Assembly (NCBI GenBank): GCA_964613905.1
Contig: CAZTIV010000010.1
Coordinates: forward strand, 1-60,607
DNA from: an uncultured Gemmatimonadaceae bacterium
GTDB taxonomy: Bacteria > Gemmatimonadota > Gemmatimonadetes > Gemmatimonadales > GWC2-71-9
Direction of reading: 5' to 3'
Length of the DNA: 60,607 nt
This document shows positions 27,933 through 36,688 of this stretch, piece by piece (the first letter of the stretch is position 1; each line of letters starts with the position of its first letter). A program made the translations under genes and the position numbers. Below the pieces are notes generated by a model. That model was not told the origin of the DNA. It worked only from the letters and a program-made list of their open reading frames with translations, and made no database searches.

Positions 27933-29474
27933 TCAACCAGATGCGCGGAAGGTTCCCCAGACCTTTCTCAGGGTATCGCTGATCTCGCCCACGGTGGCCC
28001 GTGCCCGGACCGCCTCCAGCATGATGGGCATTAACGGCATATCTGTGCGGGCGGCGGACTCGAGGTCCGCGAGCGAGCGTCTCCATGCCTCACCGTCTCT
28101 CTTCTTCCTGAGCTCAGCCACCCGCCTGGACTGCTGTTCAGCCAACCCCGCGTAATCCGGAGCCGGAATCGTCGGCGGTGGCTCATCAACGACGAATCTG
28201 TTCACTCCCACTACCACCGCCTTCTCCCCCTCGACCGCCCTCTGATACTCGTACGCCGACTGCGCGATAGCTTCCTGGATCTCTCCACGCTCGATGGCCC
28301 GGGCAGTGCCGCCTCTCTCGAGCAGACCGTCGATCAGCGTTCGCGCCGCATCTTCGATCGTGTCCGTCAGAGACTCGACATAGTGCGAGCCACCCAGCGG
28401 GTCGGCGGTCTGAGCAGTGCCCGACTCATGCGCCAGTATCTGCTGGGTCCTGAGCGCCAGGCGGGCGGATTCCGCCGCAGGGAGCGCCAGCGCCTCGTCG
28501 TACGCATTCGTGTGCAGCGACTGAGTGCCGCCAAGAACGGCCGCCAGAGCCTGCACCGTCACCCTTACGACGTTGTTCAGCGGCTGCTGCGCGGTGAGAG
28601 TGGAACCACCCGTCTGCGTGTGAAACCTGAGCCGACACGCGTGTTCGCCAGCTCCGTAGCGTTCCCGGACGAGCTTTGCCCAGAGTCGGCGCGCAGCACG
28701 GAACTTGGCCGCTTCCTCGAAGAGGTCGTTGTGCGCCGCAAAGAAGAACGACATCCGTTCGGCTACCGCTTCCGCATCGAGCCTCGCGGCGCGGGCCCGG
28801 TCGAGGTATTCCAGGCCGTTGGCCAGAGTGAACGCCACCTCCTGAATGGCTGTGGCCCCGGCCTCGCGCATGTGGTAGCCGCTCACGGATATGGGATTGA
28901 ACGGCATGCGCTCGGCTTCCACGAACCGGAACACGTCCGTGATCAGGCGCAGCGAGGGATCGAGCGGATAGATGTATGTGCCCCGGGCGGCGTATTCCTT
29001 GAGAATGTCGTTCTGAACGGTCCCTCTGAGCCCTGTTCGCGAACCACCGCGCTCCTCTGCCACAACCACGTACATCGCGAGCAGAATCGCCGCCGTGGCG
29101 TTGATGGTCATGGAGGTCGATACTTCCTCGAGCGGTATCGCCTCGAACAGTCGGGCGAGATCGTCCACGGTATCGATGGCCACGCCGGCTCGCCCGACTT
29201 CACCTTCCGCTACCGAAGCATCCGAATCGTACCCCATCTGGGTGGGGAGATCGAACGCTACCGACAGTCCGGTCTGCCCGGCCTCGAGCAGCTCGCGGAA
29301 CCTCCGGTTGGTCTCTTCCGCCGTTCCGAACCCTGCGTACTGGCGCATGGTCCACAGACGGGCGCGATACATGGCTGAGTGTATGCCTCGGGTGTACGGA
29401 AACTCCCCGGGTGACTCGTGACCGTAGTACTCGTTGATCGGGACGTCGGATGGCGAGCGGCGTTCTGTGGTCAC
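27933..29474 (-). CDS. Methylmalonyl-CoA mutase-family catalytic (large, N-terminal) subunit with no B12-binding domain
   Basis: ORF 27933..29474, 513 aa. GEFPYTRGIHSAMYRARLWTMRQYAGFGTAEETNRRFRELLEAGQTGLSVAFDLPTQMGYDSD is the acyl-CoA mutase TIM-barrel signature. The ORF ends where the linker and B12 domain would start. Confidence 0.85.
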   Translation of the reverse strand: MTTERRSPSDVPINEYYGHESPGEFPYTRGIHSAMYRARLWTMRQYAGFGTAEETNRRFRELLEAGQTGLSVAFDLPTQMGYDSDASVAEGEVGRAGVAIDTVDDLARLFEAIPLEEVSTSMTINATAAILLAMYVVVAEERGGSRTGLRGTVQNDILKEYAARGTYIYPLDPSLRLITDVFRFVEAERMPFNPISVSGYHMREAGATAIQEVAFTLANGLEYLDRARAARLDAEAVAERMSFFFAAHNDLFEEAAKFRAARRLWAKLVRERYGAGEHACRLRFHTQTGGSTLTAQQPLNNVVRVTVQALAAVLGGTQSLHTNAYDEALALPAAESARLALRTQQILAHESGTAQTADPLGGSHYVESLTDTIEDAARTLIDGLLERGGTARAIERGEIQEAIAQSAYEYQRAVEGEKAVVVGVNRFVVDEPPPTIPAPDYAGLAEQQSRRVAELRKKRDGEAWRRSLADLESAARTDMPLMPIMLEAVRARATVGEISDTLRKVWGTFRASG

Positions 29475-30487
29475 ACCGCAGCCCCGGCCTGTCTGGCAAG
29501 CGTCTGCTCTACAAAGGCAACGTCCTCACTGCTGCCGATTACCAACGGCGAGCGTTGATGCAGCTCGGTGGGGACAATATCAAGGATGGGCGTGCTCCCA
29601 TCCGATGCCGCGCCACCAGCTGCTTCGGCGATGTAGGCGAGCGGCGCCGTCTCGTAGAGTAAACGCAGCTTGCCGCGCGGTGACCTGGTGTCGGCCGGAT
29701 ACATGAAGACCCCGCCATGCATGAGATTCCGGTGGAAGTCCGCCACGAGCGACCCGATGTACCGGGCATTCTTTCCCTTCCCCGCGCCGTCCAGGCCCTT
29801 GAACGCCCGCACCACCGCCCGGTATCCGTCGGTCCAGCGATCGTAGTAGGCTTCGTTGATGCTGTAATACTTGCCCACAGGCGGAGTACGGAGGTCACGA
29901 TGGCTCAGGAGGAACTCGCCTATGGTGGGATCCAGAGTAAAAGCATGTACTCCGTGGCCGGCCGAATACACCATTACCGTGCTGGACCCGTAAATGACGT
30001 AACCTGCAGCAACCTGTCTGCGCCCTGACTGAAGACAGTCCTGCAATGTGCCCGGACCGGACTCCGTGACGCGGTTGTGTACGGAGAATATGGTTCCGAT
30101 CGACACGTTGACGTCTATGTTGGACGATCCGTCCAGCGGGTCATACAGCAAAACGTACTTCCCGTATCCGTGTTCGCCCTGGGTGGGAATGGGCTCCTCG
30201 TCTTCCTCCGACGCCATCACGCATACCCTGCCGGTCTTCCCCACAACCTGGCGCATGACGTCGTTGGCCAGAATGTCGAGTTTCTGCTGGTCTTCCCCCT
30301 GGATGTTCACCGTACCCGCCCGGCCGAGCACGTCGAGCAACCCCGCCCGCCGCACGTCGCTGGAGATTATCTTGGCGGCGAGGGCCACATCATAAAGAAG
30401 GTTGGTGAGCTCTCCGGAGGCCTGGGGGTGCAGGCGTTCCTGCTCCATGATGAAGCTTTCAATCGTAACCACGGTTGGATGCGGCAC
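29471..30487 (-). CDS. fbp: Fructose-1,6-bisphosphatase class 1
   Basis: ORF 29471..30487. TIESFIMEQERLHPQASGELTNLLYDVALAAKIIS aligns with the FBPase N-terminus, and MASEEDEEPI, DPLDGSSNID and GKLRLLYE are present. Confidence 0.9.
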   Translation of the reverse strand: MPHPTVVTIESFIMEQERLHPQASGELTNLLYDVALAAKIISSDVRRAGLLDVLGRAGTVNIQGEDQQKLDILANDVMRQVVGKTGRVCVMASEEDEEPIPTQGEHGYGKYVLLYDPLDGSSNIDVNVSIGTIFSVHNRVTESGPGTLQDCLQSGRRQVAAGYVIYGSSTVMVYSAGHGVHAFTLDPTIGEFLLSHRDLRTPPVGKYYSINEAYYDRWTDGYRAVVRAFKGLDGAGKGKNARYIGSLVADFHRNLMHGGVFMYPADTRSPRGKLRLLYETAPLAYIAEAAGGAASDGSTPILDIVPTELHQRSPLVIGSSEDVAFVEQTLARQAGAAV

Positions 30488-32685
30488 GTGAGCCTCGCTA
30501 TGAGCCGTTTGTCCCGGTCGTCGCGAACGACCTCAAAATAGCGCTCGGCGACGCGAATCGTCACCGTTCCATGGCGATCTGTTCGGAAGAGCGGGATGCC
30601 GCGGTCTTCCAGTCTCCGGACTACCGCCGGTGCCGGATGCCCGAACCGGTTGCCCCGACCCGCGCTCACAATCGCCATGCGCGGTCGTACTGCGTCGAGC
30701 CACGCATCATACGTGCCGCCGGCGGACCCATGGTGGGCCACCTTGAGGAGTTCCACGGGCCCGCGGGCACGTCCGCTGGCCACAAGAGCGGACTCAGCCG
30801 GCCAACCTATGTCGCCGGTGAGCAGGGCATCGAATTCGCCGTATCGGACAGCCACGACCACCGAATTCTCGTTGGGCCGCGCCTCGCGGGCGGCCCATGA
30901 AGCGGAAGGGTGCAATACTGCAATCTCGACCCCGTCCACAATGATCGTATCACCCGTACGCGCGGCGGCCCATTCGTCCGCCCAGCGTACCAGAGCGCCG
31001 TGATACTCCGAGAACAGGCGTGAGCCCAGGGCCTGGCCGGGATCCAGTACGAGCCTCGTGGGTAACGCTTCCAGCAGAGCCGGTACGCCACCCAGGTGAT
31101 CCGCATCGCCGTGAGATACCACGATCAGGTCCAGTGACCGCGCACCGTGCCGTCTGAGAAAGGGAAGCACCACGCTGCGCCCCGCATCGCTGCGACCCAT
31201 GCGGGGCCCCGCGTCCACCACCACCCAGCGACCCCGCGGAGTGCGCATCAGTATGGCATCTCCCTGCCCCACATCCAGCATGTAGATGGCCAGACCGGTG
31301 TGGCGCTCACGGTGCTGAACCTGGCCCGTCACAACGGGAACCCACACTACAACCGCGAGCAACCCCAGGAGCCTGAGCCCGATCAACCGCCATGCGGGTC
31401 GCCGGTGTACAACCCAGGCACAGAACAGCAGCGCCACGGTCCACGGTGCGGCCATTGCTGCACCGGCGGTACCGGCCAGGTGGCCACCCGGCACCCGCGC
31501 GCCCCATTCGGCGACTCGCTCCAGCGTGGCCAACGCCGCTCCGGCGCCGCCGGCCAGAATCTCCCCAGCGAACAGACTGGCGAACACTCCCGGAACCGCC
31601 ACGCCCGCCAGTGGAACCGCCACCAGGTTGGTAACGATACCCACAGGTGCCACCGCGCCGAACACGAGCGCCGTAATGGGAGCAGTGGCAACGGTGGCAC
31701 CTACAGATGCCGTAAGCAACGAGGCAACGGGATGCCGCGCATGCGTCCCCAACGCGCGGTGGGCCACTCCGGTTCCCCATACGGCGGTCACTGATAGCCA
31801 CGCACCCACTGACCGGATTGCGTCCGGATCCACGGTGAGCACGACCATGGCCGCAACCGCCAGTACGCTCTCGGGCCCGGGGTGACGCTGGCGCAGCCGT
31901 GCGACCGCGTGCAGGGTAATGAACGAGGCGGCACGAGTGGCCGGAGCCGGGAAGCCCAGTATGATCACGTAGAGCCACGTTCCCGCCGCGGCCCAGCTCC
32001 ACGCCCGGGCAGGGGTCGATAGACGCCGAGCGAGCAGTGCCATCCAGCCTGCGAGCAGCCCCACGTGAAGGCCGGAGATGGCCAGCAGATGTGCGAGACC
32101 GGCATCCGCGAACGCACGCCTGATACCCAGGTCGACATCCCCACGCCGCCCAAGCACCAATGCCTCCACAAGCGGGGCACGGGCTCCGTACAGCTGCTCG
32201 ATCCGCCGCCCCACGGCATCCCGCAGCCGGTACCGGATCCCGGGAGCCGCATTGAGCACCTGGTATTCCCGCACCCGTATCATGTTGGGCGGCAGGAACG
32301 ATCCGCGAATGGAGAGTGCGGCCCCGGACGGCATCTCTCCCGACGCGAACCGGAGCATGACCGGTCCGCCGCACCCGGACCTGGCTCTTACCACGGTGCC
32401 GCGCGCCATTCCCCGGCCGCTCGGATGATCGGCCAGCCTGATTACGGCATCGACCGTTCCCGGACGCCAGCTGTTGGTGCACCAGCCGGCACGAAACGCG
32501 GTGGCAATGCCACCCACTACCATGCCGGCCGCCAACGCCCACCAGGCAACCTCGCGCGGCCGGACGGCCGCAAGAGCCAGCACCCCCAGCGCGGGTATCA
32601 CGAGAACGCCCGTCGTACCAAAAAGACTGAGGCCGGCCCAGAGGCCGGCCCCGTATGCCGCGGCGTACCGCACGATCGGAGGCAT
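30367..32685 (-). CDS. comEC: ComEC/Rec2 DNA-internalisation channel protein with a metallo-beta-lactamase domain
   Basis: ORF 30367..32685, 772 aa. It has a polytopic competence domain (LAISGLHVGLLAG) and a C-terminal MBL domain (MLDVGQGDAILM, VVSHGDADHLGG, KVAHHGS). The last 40 codons overlap the fbp start out of frame. Confidence 0.85.
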   Translation of the reverse strand: MPPIVRYAAAYGAGLWAGLSLFGTTGVLVIPALGVLALAAVRPREVAWWALAAGMVVGGIATAFRAGWCTNSWRPGTVDAVIRLADHPSGRGMARGTVVRARSGCGGPVMLRFASGEMPSGAALSIRGSFLPPNMIRVREYQVLNAAPGIRYRLRDAVGRRIEQLYGARAPLVEALVLGRRGDVDLGIRRAFADAGLAHLLAISGLHVGLLAGWMALLARRLSTPARAWSWAAAGTWLYVIILGFPAPATRAASFITLHAVARLRQRHPGPESVLAVAAMVVLTVDPDAIRSVGAWLSVTAVWGTGVAHRALGTHARHPVASLLTASVGATVATAPITALVFGAVAPVGIVTNLVAVPLAGVAVPGVFASLFAGEILAGGAGAALATLERVAEWGARVPGGHLAGTAGAAMAAPWTVALLFCAWVVHRRPAWRLIGLRLLGLLAVVVWVPVVTGQVQHRERHTGLAIYMLDVGQGDAILMRTPRGRWVVVDAGPRMGRSDAGRSVVLPFLRRHGARSLDLIVVSHGDADHLGGVPALLEALPTRLVLDPGQALGSRLFSEYHGALVRWADEWAAARTGDTIIVDGVEIAVLHPSASWAAREARPNENSVVVAVRYGEFDALLTGDIGWPAESALVASGRARGPVELLKVAHHGSAGGTYDAWLDAVRPRMAIVSAGRGNRFGHPAPAVVRRLEDRGIPLFRTDRHGTVTIRVAERYFEVVRDDRDKRLIARLTCRIQPWLRLKASSWSRNACTPRPPESSPTFFMMWPSPPR

Positions 32686-32704
32686 CAGCCTCCGCCTCCC
32701 GCAT

Positions 32705-32980
32705 TCAGCCGGTCTGCCGGCTGCCTCCCGCGTGATCCACCCTGGGCGACGACCGCACGATCCGGAACCCGGCCATCAGCGCCACCGACACATCCGCCGA
32801 AGACTGATCCCGCTCCATGGCGACGTGTTGAAGCACGGCCCCGCGGCGCTGTGTCACATAGTGCGGCGGCAGGTGATTGAGCGCGTACACCATCACGTCG
32901 TCGCGGCAGTCGTCGCAACCGCAGAAGTCCTGAACGGTGGGAAGCAGGCGCTGGTACTCCCGCCCCACGATCTCCTCCAT
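32705..32980 (-). CDS. comFB: ComFB-family protein (late competence development protein ComFB domain)
   Basis: This is the C-terminal 91 codons of ORF 32705..33091, from the ATG at 32980, which is preceded by GAGGAA. MEEIVGREYQRLLPTVQDFCGCDDCRDDVMVYALNHLPPHYV is the ComFB Cys-cluster pattern. GTG at 32992 (GTGA overlap with the miaB stop) is an alternative start. Confidence 0.7.
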   Translation of the reverse strand: MEEIVGREYQRLLPTVQDFCGCDDCRDDVMVYALNHLPPHYVTQRRGAVLQHVAMERDQSSADVSVALMAGFRIVRSSPRVDHAGGSRQTG

Positions 32981-32988
32981 GAGGTTCC

Positions 32989-34308
32989 TCACGACACCAC
33001 CGCCAGCGCCCGATGGTCTGCCGCTGGCTCCCCGCTGAACGTGGAGCCCGTTGTGCCGGTGAGACGGACCGTGCGATACGTACCGATCCACTGCTCCGGA
33101 CCCGTGACCAGCACCACCTTGTTGTTGCGGGTGCGGGTCTGGAGCAGGTCGCCTCGACGCGCCGGCTTCTCGACCAGTACCTCGAAAGTGCTGCCCACCA
33201 GCTGCACGTTCTTCCGTCGCGCCACCTCCCGTACCAACCGAATGAGCCGCTCCAGCCGCTCGCCGGCAACATCATCCGGCACCGGATCCGGAAGCCGGAG
33301 CGCACCAGTACCATCGCGGGGCGAATACCTGAACGTGTACGCGTCGTCAAAATCGACCGCTTCGACCAGCGACATCGTTTCGGCAAAGTCGTCTTCCGTC
33401 TCGCCCGGGAAACCCACGATGATGTCCGTCGTAATGGCGAGGCCGGGGATGGCTTCACGCAACTGCGCAACACACGTGAGATAACGTTCCCGCGTGTATC
33501 GGCGCCCCATCCGTTTGAGCAGGCGACTCGAGCCGCTCTGTACCGGCAGGTGCACGTGCTCACATACCTCCGGCACCTCCGCCATGGCGGAAATGACCCG
33601 ATCAGTGAAATCGTTCGGGTACGGGCTCGTGAACCGGACCCGCCGGATTCCCGACACCGCTCCCACCGCGCGCAACAGGTCTGCAAAATCGTGTGATCCA
33701 TCCTGATAACTGTTGACCGTCTGCCCGAGCAAGGTCACCTCGGTCACGCCCCCGTCCGACAGGCGCCGTACCTCGGCAACTACGTCCCCCAGTTTACGAC
33801 TCCGCTCCGGTCCGCGCGTCATCGGAACTACGCAGAAGGTACACCGATAATCGCAGCCTCTCTGGACGGTCACGAAGGCGCTGGCGCTCACGGAACGGTC
33901 CGCCGGGACGTCTTCGTAATGCTCCCACTCGCGGAACTCCACGTCGGTGCTCCGCCGCCCGTCTTCCGCTCCGGCTATCAGTCCCGGGAGCCCCCGGTAC
34001 CCATCCGGCCCGACGACGAGATCCACATGGGGTGCCTGCTCCAGCAACGCGGGACCCAACCGCTGCGCCATGCACCCCACAACACCGAGGACTACCCCGG
34101 GGCGCTTGTGCCGCTTGAGCTCACCCATGCGGCCGATCACCCGCTGTTCGGCGTTGTCGCGGACGGCGCACGTGTTGACCAGCATCACGTCGGCCGACGC
34201 CGGATCATCGGTGGAAGCGTACCCCTCCCTGCCGAGCAATCCCATGATCAACTCGGTATCCGCCACGTTCATCTGGCAGCCATATGTCTCGACGTAGACG
34301 CGCTTCAC
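32989..34308 (-). CDS. miaB: tRNA-i6A37 methylthiotransferase MiaB
   Basis: ORF 32989..34308 with a GTG start. YVETYGCQMNVADTE (UPF0004 domain), the radical-SAM CDYRCTFCVVP motif and a TRAM C-terminus are present. Confidence 0.9.
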   Translation of the reverse strand: MKRVYVETYGCQMNVADTELIMGLLGREGYASTDDPASADVMLVNTCAVRDNAEQRVIGRMGELKRHKRPGVVLGVVGCMAQRLGPALLEQAPHVDLVVGPDGYRGLPGLIAGAEDGRRSTDVEFREWEHYEDVPADRSVSASAFVTVQRGCDYRCTFCVVPMTRGPERSRKLGDVVAEVRRLSDGGVTEVTLLGQTVNSYQDGSHDFADLLRAVGAVSGIRRVRFTSPYPNDFTDRVISAMAEVPEVCEHVHLPVQSGSSRLLKRMGRRYTRERYLTCVAQLREAIPGLAITTDIIVGFPGETEDDFAETMSLVEAVDFDDAYTFRYSPRDGTGALRLPDPVPDDVAGERLERLIRLVREVARRKNVQLVGSTFEVLVEKPARRGDLLQTRTRNNKVVLVTGPEQWIGTYRTVRLTGTTGSTFSGEPAADHRALAVVS

Positions 34309-35564
34309 GCCACTTCCGAAGAGGGTGTTGCCAGGAGACGACCATTCGCGCTGGAAAGCCTCACTTCAATCCGGCGCCCGTCTCCCGCATGTTGGGTCGG
34401 AAGATATGCGGTGAGGTAATCCTCCGTCAGCCCCTGGAACGCACCGGCGCGGCGATCGAGGAGCACAACATCAGCCCGGCCTCCGTTGCGGCGCCGGATG
34501 TAGGAGACCGCGCGCTCCTCCACCAGTGCCCTGAGCTCTTCCGAGCGTTCCTTCATGGTCTCTGCGCCCACCGGCGGACCCAACCGCCTCGCTGCGGCAC
34601 CAGGACGCTCGGAGTACGGGAAGACGTGCACGTACGTGAACGGAAGCGCTTCAAGCACCGCGCGAGTGGCAGCGTGGTCTGCTTCGGTTTCCCCCGGGAA
34701 TCCCACGATCACGTCGGCCCCGAGGCCGAACACCGGGATTCGCGCGGCAAGGGTCTCGATGCGCTCCCGGTACAAACCTGCCGTGTACCAGTGGCGCCCC
34801 ATGCGCTTGAGCAAACGGTCGCTCCCCGACTGCAGTGGCGCGTGCAGGTGCGGCGCCACCCTGTCTGGAGCTTCCGCCATCAACCCTTCGATCAACTCGT
34901 CAACCTCTGTAGCCTCCACCGACGTCAACCGGAACCTTACACGTGGCACTTCAGCCACCAGGGCCTGCAGCAGACGTCCCAGAGACGAACCGTCGGCCAG
35001 GTCGCGCCCGTACGTACCGATGTGCACGCCCGTCAGCACGATCTCCTCGTGCCGGTTGGCGAGTTGGTGAGCCTCCGCGATGATATCTGAAACCGCGCGC
35101 GACCGGTTGCTCCCTCGCGCGAGCGTGGTGGCGCAGAACGTACAGTGCTCGTCGCAACCATCCTGGATCTTGAGCCAGGCGCGGCTCCCGCGGGCGAACT
35201 CCCTGAGGTGCGGATGCATGCGGGTTGCCGGAACGTCCAGTGCCTCGAGTACCGTTGCCGGATCGGCTCCGCCCACAACAGCCTTTACGCCGGGGAGCAC
35301 GGCAAGCCGACCGTCATCCAGTGCGGCGGCACATCCCATGACAACGGTGCGAACCGCAGGACGCTCGCGCGCCAGGCGACGCACCAGTCCCCTGAGTTTC
35401 GCTTCGCCGGTGTGGGTAACGGTACATGAGTTTACGACCGCCGCATCTGCCATCCTGGGGTCGTCAACGATGCATGCCCCCGCATCCTCCAGGGCCTGCC
35501 GCACCAGCTCGGTATCGTACTGGTTGGCCTTGCACCCGAAGGTATGCAGGTAAACGGTCGTCAC
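34305..35564 (-). CDS. mtaB: Radical-SAM methylthiotransferase, MtaB-like
   Basis: ORF 34305..35825 trimmed to the GTG at 35564 (GTGA overlap with the upstream stop). VYLHTFGCKANQYDTE and the radical-SAM CDEHCTFCATT motif are present (about 419 aa). The MtaB versus RimO assignment is by overall pattern only. Confidence 0.75.
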   Translation of the reverse strand: MTTVYLHTFGCKANQYDTELVRQALEDAGACIVDDPRMADAAVVNSCTVTHTGEAKLRGLVRRLARERPAVRTVVMGCAAALDDGRLAVLPGVKAVVGGADPATVLEALDVPATRMHPHLREFARGSRAWLKIQDGCDEHCTFCATTLARGSNRSRAVSDIIAEAHQLANRHEEIVLTGVHIGTYGRDLADGSSLGRLLQALVAEVPRVRFRLTSVEATEVDELIEGLMAEAPDRVAPHLHAPLQSGSDRLLKRMGRHWYTAGLYRERIETLAARIPVFGLGADVIVGFPGETEADHAATRAVLEALPFTYVHVFPYSERPGAAARRLGPPVGAETMKERSEELRALVEERAVSYIRRRNGGRADVVLLDRRAGAFQGLTEDYLTAYLPTQHAGDGRRIEVRLSSANGRLLATPSSEVA

Positions 35565-36688
35565 GGACGGAGTGTGAAGCCGGTTACCAGATACCAGGCC
35601 CGTTCGGATACCCCTGCCCCGTCCCGTCGAACGCGCTCCAGGGTGAAGTCGACCGTTGCACGCCCGGCCGCGAGCCCCACTCCGGTTCCCACGGCCACCG
35701 CCAGTTCCCTGGGGCGCGACCCGGGTGCCGCGAACGGTAACTGGGCGTAACGAACCCCGGCACGCACCGGGAATCGCGCCGCGCTGCCTCCTGTTCTGAG
35801 CTCCGCTCCGGTTCCTACCTCCCATGTGTCGTGCACCGCCTCGCCCGGCACATCACCGTCCTGGGCCGAAGCCCACGGACGGTACGTAGCGGTTGTGCTC
35901 CACCGCAGGCCGGGAGATGGATCGAGCAACAGGCCGACGTTCAGCGACACGGGAAGGCTGCGCTCGCTGCTGGAGACGTCGTCAACCGCGAACTTGAGAC
36001 GCGAATCCATGCGGGCTGAGGCTGCCAACTGCGCCATGCCTGCCGCCCACATGACACCGGCTGAAACTCCTACGCCTGAATACCTGCCCCTGCTTGACTG
36101 AAGAAAATCCCGGAAAGCCGGATCATCAAAGTTGCGCTGATAATTGAGGAGAATGGAACCGCTCAGGAGGTGCACTCCCATTCCGAGCAGCAACCGCGGA
36201 CCGGCAGTCCATGACAGTGCACCGCGTACATCGGTGATGCCACCATTGGATACCGACCGATCCGTCACCTCCACCGGGACACCCCGGAGGATAAGGGTCT
36301 CCGTTACGGTGAAATCGTATGTCCGGTCGGCATACGTTGAGATGGTCAGCGCTACAGTCAGCGGCCTCACTCCCAGCCTGCCGGCAACACCGACCACCGG
36401 AAATCGCGACGCCCTGAGCCCGCCTACCTCTGTATTCAGCGCCTCATACGACCGGAACTCGCTGTGGTTCACCATCATGGCCGTGGGCTGCGCGATCAGC
36501 GCGGGAGCTGCCGGGTTCACCACCGAGAACGGATCGAACGCCGCCGTCCCACCACCCATACCCCGTGCCGCGGCCGTAAGGGCTCGTCCCGGGAACCCTA
36601 TCCCGTGGACTCCGTACACAGAGCTCTGGGCCGCCAGGGGGGTGGCACCGGCCACCAGCGCAACAACCGCTATCATCAGCCTGGTCAT
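35561..36688 (-). CDS. Hypothetical outer-membrane beta-barrel protein (FadL/PorV-like N-terminal motif)
   Basis: ORF 35561..36688. The signal peptide MTRLMIAVVALVAGATPLAAQ is followed by GRALTAAARGMGGGTAAFDPFSVVNPAAPA. This resembles the (A/G)R-x-GMG(G/D)-x-A-x-D-x-NPA motif of FadL/PorV-type barrels. The rest shows an alternating beta-strand-like pattern. Confidence 0.6.
   Translation of the reverse strand: MTRLMIAVVALVAGATPLAAQSSVYGVHGIGFPGRALTAAARGMGGGTAAFDPFSVVNPAAPALIAQPTAMMVNHSEFRSYEALNTEVGGLRASRFPVVGVAGRLGVRPLTVALTISTYADRTYDFTVTETLILRGVPVEVTDRSVSNGGITDVRGALSWTAGPRLLLGMGVHLLSGSILLNYQRNFDDPAFRDFLQSSRGRYSGVGVSAGVMWAAGMAQLAASARMDSRLKFAVDDVSSSERSLPVSLNVGLLLDPSPGLRWSTTATYRPWASAQDGDVPGEAVHDTWEVGTGAELRTGGSAARFPVRAGVRYAQLPFAAPGSRPRELAVAVGTGVGLAAGRATVDFTLERVRRDGAGVSERAWYLVTGFTLRP

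Noticed and set aside
32685-33701. A minus-strand 338-aa ORF overlaps miaB and comFB out of frame.
   Set aside because: It has Arg/Ser/Trp-rich composition with no motifs. The same DNA encodes clear MiaB and ComFB in other frames.
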